From assembly GCA_963799775.1 (NCBI GenBank), contig CAWCYD010000003.1, positions 1,408,001-1,472,000 on the forward strand: 64,000 nt of DNA, read 5' to 3'. The DNA is from an uncultured archaeon (GTDB lineage: Archaea; Thermoproteota; Nitrososphaeria; Nitrososphaerales; Gagatemarchaeaceae). Shown here in pieces: positions 48,919-58,931 of this stretch. The notes beneath the pieces were generated by a model. It worked only from the letters and a program-made list of their open reading frames with translations, made no database searches and had not been told where the DNA came from. The position numbers and the translations under genes were made by a program. Each line of letters starts with the position of its first letter. Position 1 is the stretch's first letter.

Positions 48919-48989
48919 AGTTCTTGTGGCTCAAACGCCGAACTCTCGCCAGGCTTAAATTGCTCAGCGGGGCCTGAAGGCCTCGCCCC

Positions 48990-49733
48990 TTGCTGCCTCT
49001 AGCCGCCTACTACGACGACTTTGTCCAGGTGGCCCTGACGGGGATCTCCGCAGCGATCCTCGTCGTCTCGGTCAACGCCTACCGGAGACGGCGCGAGGGG
49101 AGATACCTGCTCCTCATGCTCGCGTTCGCGTTCCTCTTCGTGGCCTCGCTGGGCACGACGGCCCTCTCCGTCTTTGCCGGGGCGAGGCCTGCGACCTTTC
49201 AGATGGTCGAGCTCTACGTCATCCCGTCCGTCGAGCTGCTGATGGGGGTGAGCTTCCTCGTCGCCCTCCTGTGGTCATCCGGGAAGAGGAGGAGGGCGGA
49301 GACGGCTTTCGCGGCCACCGTGGTCGCGGTGGTCCTCGTCGCCTCGATGGCCTACGTCTCAGGGCCGAGCTCGACTACGCTGGCGCCGCTTCCAGTCGGA
49401 TGCGCGAGGCCAGCCTCAGGTTTCCTCATCGTCGGGAGTTCGCTCGGCTACAACGACAGCATCCTGCACGGCGCTCCTACCAAGCCCTGGCCCATCCTCG
49501 ACGTCAACAAAGGGTCGGAGGTGACGATAACCGTCTGCAACGCGTACACGGCCCCGCTCGGCTTCCAGGTGGCGCACTACTTTGACGACAAGGTCGAGTC
49601 CATCAACCCTGGCCAGTCGATCACTGTGAGCTTCCTTGCAGACGAGACCGGGACTTTCCTCATCTACTGCTCCATCTTCTCTCCGATCCACACTTACCTC
49701 CAAGGCGGGCAGGTGAACGTCGTCCCCGCATGA
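48990..49733 (+). CDS. Membrane protein with an N-terminal sensor-like TM domain and a C-terminal cupredoxin-fold domain
   Basis: AYRRR...LLLMLAF TM domain; PGQS..VSF.ADETGTF.IYCSIFSPIH. Confidence 0.75.
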   Translation: MLPLAAYYDDFVQVALTGISAAILVVSVNAYRRRREGRYLLLMLAFAFLFVASLGTTALSVFAGARPATFQMVELYVIPSVELLMGVSFLVALLWSSGKRRRAETAFAATVVAVVLVASMAYVSGPSSTTLAPLPVGCARPASGFLIVGSSLGYNDSILHGAPTKPWPILDVNKGSEVTITVCNAYTAPLGFQVAHYFDDKVESINPGQSITVSFLADETGTFLIYCSIFSPIHTYLQGGQVNVVPA

Positions 49734-49749
49734 CGGAGACGAGACGGGC

Positions 49750-50263
49750 TTGAACCTGCAGAACCCCAACAGGGAGAGGGCGAAGATGATGGTCTCGCTC
49801 TCGCCCGGGATCCACCTTCGGAGGCTCCAGAAGCTGCTCGGGACGTCATTCAGCACGACACGATATCACGTGGAGAGCCTCCTCCGTGAGGGGGAGATCG
49901 TCTCCTCGAAGGAGGGGCGATACCAGAGGCTCTACCCCGTGGGGACGGCCGACGCGTCGAGGGCGACGTTCGCGGTCCTCCAGAGCAAGACGGCGAGGAA
50001 GGTCCATGGGAGCGCTCGCGGGCGCCCAGGGAGAGCTGAGGAACGGGAGCCTGTGCAAGGTCGTCAAGATGCCCAGGAGCACGGTCAGCGAGCACACCTC
50101 GCTGCTGAGCAGGGCGGGGCTCGTGACGCGCAGGATCAGCCCGGAGGGGTACGCCACCTATGGGATAGGGGACAGGCAGCAGACGTTGGAGCTCCTCGCC
50201 GTGTTCGAGAGGAACCTCCTCGAGATAGCGACCGACAGGTTCACGGACCTCTGGGACATCTAG
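49750..50263 (+). CDS. Double winged-helix regulator; frameshift near 50005
   Basis: PGIHLRRLQ..TRYHV; MPRSTVSEH..L; paralog of 34100..34664. Confidence 0.8.
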
Positions 50264-50499
50264 GAAGGAGGCGGTCCCTTGGCGAGGAGCTCTGCGACCT
50301 CCTTGACCCACTGGCCCGTCTCCTTGGTCTCCCTGATCTTCCGCAGGTAGTCGCTCCACGCCATCTGGCCATAGGCCTCGCTCCACTTCTTGTAGCCCGA
50401 CTCGAGGTTGCGCTTCGCCGAGAGGTGGTAGGTGCAGAGGTCGGACGCGGGGGCTCGCTCCCTCTTGCAGAGGACGCAGGTGGACATGCGAGGGGTCAT
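50260..50499 (-). CDS. Small conserved Zn-binding protein
   Basis: CVLC...CTYH...YKKWSEAYG..W..YL...TGQWV. Confidence 0.7.
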   Translation of the reverse strand: MTPRMSTCVLCKRERAPASDLCTYHLSAKRNLESGYKKWSEAYGQMAWSDYLRKIRETKETGQWVKEVAELLAKGPPPS

Positions 50500-51591
50500 C
50501 AGATCTCTATGAGATCCTTGGAGGCGCTCGTCAGCGGCCTGCAAGAGGTCTTCGTGACCACGACGTCGTCCTCTATCCTCACCCCGCCCTCTCCCGGGAG
50601 GTAGACCCCCGGCTCGACTGTCATCACCATGTTCCTCGCGAGCTTGGTCGTGCTCTTCAGTCCGAGGCCCGGCCCGTCGTGCACCTCCAGGCCAAGCGAG
50701 TGACCGAGCCCGTGGGTGAACCTTCCCTTGAACTCGCTCTTGTCGATGACCCTGGCAGCCACCATGTGGACGTCGCGGCCGCTGGCCCCCTCCCTGATGG
50801 CCCCGATCGCCTTGGTCTGGGCTTCGAGTACCTTGGAGTAGGCCCTTCTCTGCCTCTCTTTCGCGCGTCCGAAGAAGTATGTCCTTGTGATGTCTGAGCA
50901 GTAGAGGTGGAACCTGGCGCCGACGTCGACCAGGATGTTGTCTCCGATGTGCAGGCGCCTCTCGCCCGGAGTGTAATGCGGGAAGGCAGAGCTCTCGCCG
51001 AAGGCGACGATGCTCTCGAATGACGGCGAGTCGGCCCCTTTCTCCACGATGTCGTGGTCTATCTGGGCCTCCAGCGCCCTCTCTGTCATCCCCTCCTCCA
51101 CGAGTTCGGGGCACCTCGTCCACGACGTCCGAGATCATCCGCGAGGCCTCCGAGATTGCCCGGAGCTCGTCGGGGTCCTTGATCATCCTAGACTTCAGGA
51201 GCGCATCGGAGACGTCTACCAGCTCCTTGCCTCGGAGAAGCTCGCTGAGAGATTGGAAGTCCTTGTGCGTGACGCCGCCGAAGTTGACGCCGACCCGTCT
51301 CGTCCCCTTCAGGATCGAGGAGACCATCCGTCGGCGCTCCAGGCGGTCTTCGACCCTCTCGACGTGGACGACAAAGTCCTCCCTCTGCCGGGCCGCCTGC
51401 TCCTCGAGCGGGTTGGTCAGGACCTCGACGCGGGAGTCCGGGAAGAGGAAGAGGAGGTTGCGCTCGAAGAGGCCGCTCCTGTATCCGGAGACGTAGAAGA
51501 AGTTCGGGTCCGGGTGGTCCCCGTTCGCTATCACGACCGCGTCGAGCTCTCCCCGCGCGTTCGCGAATATCCGGCGCAGGCGGTTCTCCAA
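50499..51591 (-). CDS. Xaa-Pro aminopeptidase (M24); frameshift near 51110
   Basis: DVGA, YCSDITRT, HGLGHSLGLEVHD, TVEPGVY, GVRIEDD. Confidence 0.92.
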
Positions 51592-51599
51592 CTTTTTCC

Positions 51600-52364
51600 C
51601 TACTTCAGGTCTTCCATCTGGCTCCCTTCCCTCAGGAGGGACAAGAGGAGCTCGAGGTAGTCCACCAGCTTGTCGTGGAATGTCTCCTCGTCCCATTTGG
51701 TGTCTGCGTCTGTCAGGAACTCTTTGATCTCCTCGTACCTCTCCAGCGCCTTCCTCCCCATCTGCTCGCAGAGCTTCCTCTCCTTGGTCGCGATCTCCTT
51801 GGCGGAGGGGTCGCCCGTCTTGACGAGGTGGTGCCTCTCCATCGAGGCGACGGCGAAGGCGTTCCTCGCCAGCGCAGCGGCGTCGGCGAGTGGGTATCCA
51901 GACGGCGACTCTGTGAGCCAGCCCGAGAAGAAGCCCCTCGCCCTGATGCTCTCCGACTCCTCCATGGCCGCGAAGACGATGTCGTCGACCAGGACGTTCT
52001 GGAGGTGGTTGAAGCCCTCGACCAAGTATCCCGTCTCCCTCTCGTTGAGGCCCTCCCTCTTGCTGAACTCCGTGATTATCGCGTTAGTGACCTTGAACTT
52101 GTGCGAGGGCGAGCGCCTCTCGGTGTGGTAGATGTGGGCCAGTTCGTGGAAGAGGAGGCCGCCGAGCATGTCCGAGTGGAGGGCCCATTCCGCTATCACG
52201 ATGTGCTGGATGCCCTCCTCCTCGCTCGCGTACCCCATGATGTCCAGCTTGGGGTCGACGAGGAGGCGGACCTTCGAGCGGATCGGGTAGCCCGCCTTTG
52301 CCACCCGCGTCATGGCCCAGTCGAGCTCCTCCTGGAGCGAGCGGTCGCCTTTAGAGAGGGACAA
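51600..52364 (-). CDS. Zincin-like HExxH protein (DUF5781-like)
   Basis: VDPKL.IMGY, LFHELAHIY...PSH. Confidence 0.7.
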   Translation of the reverse strand: MSLSKGDRSLQEELDWAMTRVAKAGYPIRSKVRLLVDPKLDIMGYASEEEGIQHIVIAEWALHSDMLGGLLFHELAHIYHTERRSPSHKFKVTNAIITEFSKREGLNERETGYLVEGFNHLQNVLVDDIVFAAMEESESIRARGFFSGWLTESPSGYPLADAAALARNAFAVASMERHHLVKTGDPSAKEIATKERKLCEQMGRKALERYEEIKEFLTDADTKWDEETFHDKLVDYLELLLSLLREGSQMEDLK

Positions 52365-52388
52365 TCTGGGTGCGGTCCCTGGTGCGCT

Positions 52389-52785
52389 TTACTTTAGAGG
52401 GACGTAGAGACTCGAGCGGCTAGCGCCTATTCCAGGCGTGCCGTGGACTACTTTCTTGTTTGTGATCGCATATTCTCCGAGGTAGTGGCCGATCATCTCT
52501 GGCTTGACCAGGATGGGGAGGAACTCCTTGCCCGTGTAGACGCCGATCGTCGCGCCGATCATGACGGGGAGGACTATCATGTCCCTGGCGTGCGTCTTGA
52601 TTTGGCCCTCCAGATGTCCTTCCTTCTGGGCGCGGACGTCCTCGAGGACACTTCCTCTTGTCGTCGGAGATGCCCCTGTTCAGGGAGCGCCTAGCTCTCG
52701 ACGGGAGCAGCTCGAGGATGGCCTCGGTGCTCATCCCGTTGAGCTGCTCGACCGTGTATCCTCTGTAGTGGAACTCTTTCGGCAT
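52389..52785 (-). CDS. rps19: 30S ribosomal protein S19; frameshift near 52650
   Basis: [17 protein letters not shown]; [32 protein letters not shown]. Confidence 0.95.
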
Positions 52786-52805
52786 GGGTCTCTTGGGTCT
52801 CCCCT

Positions 52806-53570
52806 CTACCTCTCCTTAACCTCGACGGTGGTCCTCGCCAGCCTCTTCCTGCCCGTCTTCCTGGGTGCGATGAGGCCCACCTTCCTGCCTGGGGGTGCGT
52901 TCCTCGAGGTGCTGGTCGACTTGCCGGGGTGCTGGTGCCTGCCCCCTCCGAACGGGTGGTAGACGACCGCCATGGCGATGCCTCTCATCCTCGGGTAGGG
53001 TCGCCCTTCCGCGCGCATCGCGTGGTGCCTGGGGCCTGCCCTGAGGAAGGGCTTCTCCTTCCTTCCGCCTCCGGCGATCTCGCCTATCGTCGCCCTGCAC
53101 TCCTCGTTAATCAGCATGCTCTTGCCGCTCGGGAGCCTGACTATCGCCTTGCCCTCCCCCTTTGAGAAGAGGACGGCGGAGCCGCCCGCGGCCCTGACGA
53201 GCCTCCCGCCGTCGCCTGCGGCGAGCTCGATGTTGGAGATCCTCGTGCCTTCTGGGATCTTCTTCAGAGGTAGGATGTTCCCGTTGGCGACCGCAGCGTC
53301 AGGCCCGAGATGGATCTCGGCCCCCACCGACATGCCTGAGACCGCCGGGATGTAGGAGACGGGCCCGTGCTCCCCGCCCGATTGGAGCTGTGCGAGGGGC
53401 GCGCTCCTCCCCTTCTCGTCCAGGAGCGCCTTGATCGTGAGGCTTCCGCCGTTCTTTGACCCCTGGGGGCTGATCATGGGGTAGCGGACCGGTGCGATCT
53501 TCCCCCTCGGGGAGACGCGCCACTGGATGCCGCCCTTGCCGCGTCTTCGCTGAAGGATTCTCTTTCCCAT
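52806..53570 (-). CDS. rpl2: 50S ribosomal protein L2
   Basis: MGKRILQRRRGKG, HPFGGGRHQHPG, PPGRKVGLIAPR. Confidence 0.97.
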   Translation of the reverse strand: MGKRILQRRRGKGGIQWRVSPRGKIAPVRYPMISPQGSKNGGSLTIKALLDEKGRSAPLAQLQSGGEHGPVSYIPAVSGMSVGAEIHLGPDAAVANGNILPLKKIPEGTRISNIELAAGDGGRLVRAAGGSAVLFSKGEGKAIVRLPSGKSMLINEECRATIGEIAGGGRKEKPFLRAGPRHHAMRAEGRPYPRMRGIAMAVVYHPFGGGRHQHPGKSTSTSRNAPPGRKVGLIAPRKTGRKRLARTTVEVKER

Positions 53571-53572
53571 TT

Positions 53573-53845
53573 CTATTCTACACCAATCCGAGCTTCGTCG
53601 CCAGTTCGGTGGCCGAGTTCTCTGGGACGAGGCGGACGAAGGCCTTCTTCCCGCCGATCCACCTCAGGGTGTTGACGTCTCTGACCTTGACGTCGTAGAG
53701 CGCCTCGACGGCGCTTGCGATCTGCGACTTGGACGCCTTGTCCTCGACTACGAAGCAGATCTTGTTCTCGCGGGCTATCTGGTCGAAGGTCCATCTCGGT
53801 GATGAAGGGCCTGACTATGAGCTTCTGTGCGTCCTCAAGCCTCAA
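53573..53845 (-). CDS. rpl23: 50S ribosomal protein L23; frameshift near 53792
   Basis: RPFITE; ENKICFVV..KASKSQI...VNT...KKAFVRL. Confidence 0.93.
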   Translation of the reverse strand: MRLEDAQKLIVRPFITEMDLRPDSPREQDLLRSRGQGVQVADRKRRRGALRRQGQRRQHPEVDRREEGLRPPRPRELGHRTGDEARIGVE

Positions 53846-54644
53846 CCTTCATTCCCTCCTTTGATCTTGCGCCGAGCAGCCCCAAGGCCGAGCTCGTCCA
53901 TATCGTGAGCCTTCCCGCGACCCCGCCGGGCGCCAGCGGGAGCACGCTGAGGCTGCCCACGTTGACTACCTCTACGCCGGGGATGGAAGACGCTGCCCTT
54001 CCCACGCCTCTGTCGTTGCTCACGACGATGAGAGGCCCGAGCTTCTTCCTCGTGGTCCTTCCGCGCATCCTCGGCGTGCCGGAGCGCCTCTTGACGCCCC
54101 CGTAGATGCGCTTGAGCTCTTCGGACAGGCCCAGGTCCGTGAGGAAGCCTTCCACCGCGGAAGTCTTCTCCAGCGCCTCGAGTTCGTCTGAGACGACTAT
54201 CGGGAACTTGGCCTTGCCGACCTTGTGCCCTCTCCACGAGACGGCGCTAGAGTCACCTGTGAACGCGATTGCTGTGTTGAGGGCGAGCTTCCTCTCCTTG
54301 ACGTTGATCTTCCTGTAAATCACCTTCTCGGACTTCGGCGGGTGCGGGAGCCTGCCCTTCACTGTGCTCGCGACGCCTCCTCCCTGGCCTGCCCTGATGT
54401 TCCCCGCGCCCTTTACCCTCGGGATCCTCGAGACGCCCCTGCCCGTCGGGGGGTTGCCCGTCTCTGCGCTGGTCCTCTCGCCTGCCATCGGGTCTCGGCC
54501 GTAGGGCTGGAGCCCGTGCGAGTGGATTATCCACCAGGCCCTCTGGACGATGTCTGGCCTGAGCGGCGTCGAGAAGACGCTGGGGAGCTCCACCGAGTCG
54601 CCCGGTTTGCCGTCCATGCCGATTACCTTCACAGAGTCAGCCAA
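53835..54644 (-). CDS. rpl4: 50S ribosomal protein L4
   Basis: LPSVF..PLRPD, GRGVSRIPR, KINVKER, LAPGG..GRLTIWT. Confidence 0.96.
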   Translation of the reverse strand: MADSVKVIGMDGKPGDSVELPSVFSTPLRPDIVQRAWWIIHSHGLQPYGRDPMAGERTSAETGNPPTGRGVSRIPRVKGAGNIRAGQGGGVASTVKGRLPHPPKSEKVIYRKINVKERKLALNTAIAFTGDSSAVSWRGHKVGKAKFPIVVSDELEALEKTSAVEGFLTDLGLSEELKRIYGGVKRRSGTPRMRGRTTRKKLGPLIVVSNDRGVGRAASSIPGVEVVNVGSLSVLPLAPGGVAGRLTIWTSSALGLLGARSKEGMKVEA

Positions 54645-54651
54645 GTGGTCT

Positions 54652-55656
54652 CTACTTCCTCGCGACTATCTTCGTGCTGACCTCTAAGACCTGGACCGGC
54701 GCCAAGTTCGCCTTGGGGTGCGGCCTCATCGGCTGCCTCACGACCACGACGCGCCTGTTGGTCCCGGGGACGCTACCGCGCACGAGCGCGTAGTCCGTCT
54801 TCAGGTCGCCAAAGTGCTCGAACCCGCCCTTCGGGGTGATCGGGGCGTCCTTTGCGTTTGATATGGTGAGGATCCTCTTGCCAGACTCGGTCCTCTGGTG
54901 GAAGCCGTGCTGCCCCGCCCTCGCGACCGTGTACATGACCGCCGCCGGGTGCCATGGGCCAATGACTCCCACCGCCCTCACGCTCTTCCTGGACTTGTGC
55001 TGCTTCCTCTTGATCCCCATCCTCGTGACAGGCCCTTCGTAGCCGTGGCCCTTTGTCACGCCGATGACGTCGACGTAGGAGCCTGCCTTGAATACCTCTG
55101 AGAACTTTACCGGCTTGCCCAGCGCCTTGCCTGCGTAGTCAAGCTGCGCTGCGATGTCGCCCCCTCCTACGCCCACCTCGAAGACTATGGGCTCCTTCTG
55201 CGAGAGGCCCGCGTCCCTCGGCGTCATCGAGACGACCGCCGCGATCCGCGTGATGCTCGAGAGCTTGGGCTTCCATGCCTCGATGAACTTCTCCGGCTCG
55301 ACGCCGGACTTCTTCACGACACCCTTTGGCACCGTCTTCGCGTAGACCTCGCCCACCGCCCTCTCTGCGCCGTTCTCCCTCGTGTAGAGCCTGAGTCCGA
55401 CGACCGCGGAGTCGGGGACTGCGAGGACGCTCGTGGGGTTGAACCTGGGCTTGCCGAAGTTCGGGGTCTTCGCCCTGTCGTCCATTGTTATCGTGTGGAT
55501 TGTGCTTACCTTGACGGCGGGCAACCCGAGCAGGTTCGGGGTTGCGCTCCTCATCTTGGGCCAGTTGTGGACCGTCGGGAAGAAGTCTCCGACCCTTCCT
55601 CTAGGGATGTATGCGAGACTTCCTCTGCGCGGTGCTGAGTGTTTCCTATGGCCCAT
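54652..55656 (-). CDS. rpl3: 50S ribosomal protein L3
   Basis: MGHRKHSAPRRGSLAY, TKGHG..GPV, GQHGFHQRTE, GSVPG. Confidence 0.97.
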   Translation of the reverse strand: MGHRKHSAPRRGSLAYIPRGRVGDFFPTVHNWPKMRSATPNLLGLPAVKVSTIHTITMDDRAKTPNFGKPRFNPTSVLAVPDSAVVGLRLYTRENGAERAVGEVYAKTVPKGVVKKSGVEPEKFIEAWKPKLSSITRIAAVVSMTPRDAGLSQKEPIVFEVGVGGGDIAAQLDYAGKALGKPVKFSEVFKAGSYVDVIGVTKGHGYEGPVTRMGIKRKQHKSRKSVRAVGVIGPWHPAAVMYTVARAGQHGFHQRTESGKRILTISNAKDAPITPKGGFEHFGDLKTDYALVRGSVPGTNRRVVVVRQPMRPHPKANLAPVQVLEVSTKIVARK

Positions 55657-55730
55657 CCTAAGCTCACTTTGGAGTTTACCCGGATTTTTCTTTAGTCTTT
55701 AAGCTTTCGCGCTTTGGAAACTGCTGCGTT

Positions 55731-56714
55731 TCACTGATGGCCGCGAGCGCTCGAGCCGTGGCCAGAGGCCGCGTGGGTCCGCGCCTTCTCCACCTCGAGC
55801 TCGAACTGGAGGGCAGTCATCAGGACTGATGTGCCCTTCTTCCTGGAGAGGGTCCTGACAAGGTCCCTCTCGGTGATGAGGCCGATGCGGCCTGTGGGGA
55901 CGTCCTCCACCACGAGTCCTCCGACGCCGAAGATCATCATCTTCGACGCGGCGACGCGGATGTCGTCGTCCTGGCTCACAGTGATCACGTCTCTTGTCAT
56001 GAACTCGGCTATCGGGACGTCGAACTTTGTGGGCACGCTCCAGGCGGTGCTCCCCGGCTCGGCGGGCGGTCCCTTCGGTGCGAACTTCGATACGTGCCCC
56101 AGCGCGTCCTTGTTGGACAGGATCCCCTTTGGGAGCGGGTTGACGCCGGTCTGTGACGGCGCGACCACTGGCAGCCGCCTGACCCTGTGCTCAGACATGA
56201 GGCGGACGGCCTCCGAGAGGTAAGCGTCAGGCCCGATCGTCACGACGTTCGTGTTCATTATCTCGGAGACAGGGACGCCAATCTCTTCGGAGCTGGTGCC
56301 CATCAGGCCCACCAGGTCTCTGAGCGTGATTATGCCCCTCACGACCCCCTGCTCGTCGATCACGGGCATTCCGCCGAGGTTGTGGAACGTGATCTTCTTC
56401 GTTATCTCGGCGAGGCCGTCTCCCGGCTCGACGCAGATGCTGTTGAAGACCATAATCCTCTCGACGGGGATCTGGAGGGACTCGATGACCTCAGCTGTCG
56501 TGACCTCTGGCCTGGAGAAGACGAGGTTGAGCGAGTCGATGATGTCCTGGGCGGAGATCATCCCCATGATCTTCCCCTTGTCGTCGACGACGGGGAGGTG
56601 CCTGAAGTTCCTCCTGTGCATTATCATCGACGCGGTCAGGACGCTCTGCCTCGGGGTGACCTTGATCGTCTGGCGGGTGAATAGCCACCAGAGGTCTTCC
56701 GTCTTGCTCGGCAT
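55731..56714 (-). CDS. Four-CBS-domain protein
   Basis: FRHLPVVD, GMPVID, VRRLPVV, GLITERD. Confidence 0.9.
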   Translation of the reverse strand: MPSKTEDLWWLFTRQTIKVTPRQSVLTASMIMHRRNFRHLPVVDDKGKIMGMISAQDIIDSLNLVFSRPEVTTAEVIESLQIPVERIMVFNSICVEPGDGLAEITKKITFHNLGGMPVIDEQGVVRGIITLRDLVGLMGTSSEEIGVPVSEIMNTNVVTIGPDAYLSEAVRLMSEHRVRRLPVVAPSQTGVNPLPKGILSNKDALGHVSKFAPKGPPAEPGSTAWSVPTKFDVPIAEFMTRDVITVSQDDDIRVAASKMMIFGVGGLVVEDVPTGRIGLITERDLVRTLSRKKGTSVLMTALQFELEVEKARTHAASGHGSSARGHQ

Positions 56715-56755
56715 TGTCTCGTCCTCTATCTCTCTTGTATGCGCTGCATCCGCTG

Positions 56756-58921
56756 CTATTCTTCGACCGGGACTTCTTGGGGCGGGAGCGGGGTGGCGAC
56801 CTTCGCCTCGCCGGCGCGGAGTACCGTGAACTTGGAACTGAGGACTGTCTCGAGGAGGGAGTTGGGCAGGTTGAAGGCCCCGAAGAAGGCATCCAGCCTC
56901 CCCTTTAGGACCGCGAGGTCGGAGTCGTTCAGCTGCCTGTACTCGGAGATCAGGGGCTTTGTGTACTTGCTCGTGAAGAAGAGGAAGCGGACCCTCGCAA
57001 GGACGCTCGGAGGGAGCAGCGCCGCGAGATGCTTCTCGCTCGGGTAGTCGAGCTTCGAGATGCTCGCGAGGACCTCCTCGGAGATCTGGCCGTCGCGGGC
57101 CAGCGACCTGAGGAAGGCCATGATGTCCTCGGAGTGCGGTGGGAGGCCCATCTGTGTCGCGTGGACCTCTCCCCTGACGTAGATGGTCCCGCCGACGAGG
57201 CCCGTCGCGACGAACTTGCCCACCGGGTTATCGGAGTCCGCGAGGTTGAGTATCGCTATCACGCCGCCAGCCATGTACTCGCCGAGGTAGTCGTCTGCAG
57301 TCTCTCCGACGATTAGGGAGGGCTTCGCCTGCTTGTACTCGCGCATCTGGATCCCGGCCCTGTTCCCGATCGAGCCGCGGATCATCACGTGCCCGCCCTG
57401 AAGCGTCTGGCATGCCACGTCCCTGGCGCTCCCGTGCACGACCACCGACCCGGCGTGCATGGTGTCGGCCAGGTCGTCGGCGACGTTCCCGTGGATCTCG
57501 TAGGAGACCCCGTCGTTGAGGTTTGCGAGGCAGTTGCCCGGGTAGCCGTTGATCTCGACCTTGAAGTGGGAGCGCGTGCCGTCGGGCTGCTTCGTTGAGA
57601 GTCCTATCCCGATGTATCTCTGCCCTCCCAGGTTGTCCAGCCTCACGAGCGTCTTGCCGGTGCGGTAGGAGCGCTTCAGGAACTCGTTGATGTCGGAGAA
57701 GCCGACCCCCTTTGCGTCCAGGACAGCCTGGGCCTCAACGGGCGAGGGTGCGTGAGAGGCGTGGGTGGCGGCAGCCGAGGTGGAGACGGATGAGGAATAG
57801 ATCTTCTTCTTGGTCCCTGTCTCCAGGAGCCCCTCGTTGACGGAGGCCAGGAAGAATGACCCTGGCTCGGGCGCCCAGACGACGGCGTCCTTCGACAGGT
57901 TCCTGATCTGGACCTCCTCGCTGGCGACGTAGAAGCGCTCGTCGTCCTCGCCTATGAGCAGAGGACGGAACTTGGACCTGTCGGTCAGCGCGAGGATGTA
58001 GGTGTCCTTCCCGTCGGAGAAGCCAGCGACGACGGCGAACGGGCCGTCGAGCCTCGCGCCCCGGTATCTGGTGAGCAGCCTGCGCACCTCTGGGAGGAGG
58101 CGGGCGTCGAACGGGTTGGTCATCAGCGTGGCGGCCTGGTGTATCGAGAGGCCCTCCACGCGGACCAGGTGGTCGAGGAGGCGGGCGATCACCTCGCTGT
58201 CGGTCCCCACATGGCTGCGGAGGCCCCACGAGTTGAGCTGCTCCAGGTTGGCACCGAAAGAGCTGATGTCCCCGTTGTGGGCGATCGCGCAGTCCATCGA
58301 GGCGAATGGGTGAGACCAGATCGGGTAGCGGCCGGGGGAGTTGGTCGGTTGTCTCGTGTGAGCGATCCACGCGTCTGCCCTCATCGCCTCGACGTCGAGG
58401 CTGTATTCCTTGGCAACGTCCATCGGGTATCCGACGTCCTTGAAGACGTCGAGGTAACTCCCGTAGGAGAAGATCCTCCCGTCGATCTTTCCGCTCGAGA
58501 GGAGCACGCCGTTTATCCCGTCGATCGTCCTCTCAAGGTTGCGCCTGTCCGACGTGTCCACGTTCGCCTCCCAGACCCCGAACCTCGGCTTGTTGTCCAG
58601 CCTGGGAGGCTCGAGCACCTGGACGTCCCTCGGGGAGCTGATCGACGCCGTCAGCCTGTCCGTGAGGTCGTCGGCGACCTCCTTGTTCCTGACGAAGGCC
58701 TTCAGCCTGTGCGTGTTGGGGTCTGCTGTTAGCGAGGAATCGAAGAGGGCGAACCCTGCGCCGAGGTCGCTGCCCCTGTAGCTGATGCAGCTGATCCCTG
58801 CCAGCGTCGTCAGGTTCGAGACCTTGGGTGCGTCCTTCTTCCGGATGACCCCGAAGATCCCGCAGCCGTCCTTGTAGACCGGTTGCCCGTATCTCGTGTC
58901 GTAGGTCGGGTATTCGCTCAT
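56756..58921 (-). CDS. Glutamate synthase subunit: class II amidotransferase fused to a GXGXG domain
   Basis: GCGIFG, HTRQPTNS, HNGDISS, TDSE; GQRYIG, GNRAGIQMREY, GEYMAGG. Confidence 0.88.
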   Translation of the reverse strand: MSEYPTYDTRYGQPVYKDGCGIFGVIRKKDAPKVSNLTTLAGISCISYRGSDLGAGFALFDSSLTADPNTHRLKAFVRNKEVADDLTDRLTASISSPRDVQVLEPPRLDNKPRFGVWEANVDTSDRRNLERTIDGINGVLLSSGKIDGRIFSYGSYLDVFKDVGYPMDVAKEYSLDVEAMRADAWIAHTRQPTNSPGRYPIWSHPFASMDCAIAHNGDISSFGANLEQLNSWGLRSHVGTDSEVIARLLDHLVRVEGLSIHQAATLMTNPFDARLLPEVRRLLTRYRGARLDGPFAVVAGFSDGKDTYILALTDRSKFRPLLIGEDDERFYVASEEVQIRNLSKDAVVWAPEPGSFFLASVNEGLLETGTKKKIYSSSVSTSAAATHASHAPSPVEAQAVLDAKGVGFSDINEFLKRSYRTGKTLVRLDNLGGQRYIGIGLSTKQPDGTRSHFKVEINGYPGNCLANLNDGVSYEIHGNVADDLADTMHAGSVVVHGSARDVACQTLQGGHVMIRGSIGNRAGIQMREYKQAKPSLIVGETADDYLGEYMAGGVIAILNLADSDNPVGKFVATGLVGGTIYVRGEVHATQMGLPPHSEDIMAFLRSLARDGQISEEVLASISKLDYPSEKHLAALLPPSVLARVRFLFFTSKYTKPLISEYRQLNDSDLAVLKGRLDAFFGAFNLPNSLLETVLSSKFTVLRAGEAKVATPLPPQEVPVEE

Positions 58922-58931
58922 CTTGTTGATC

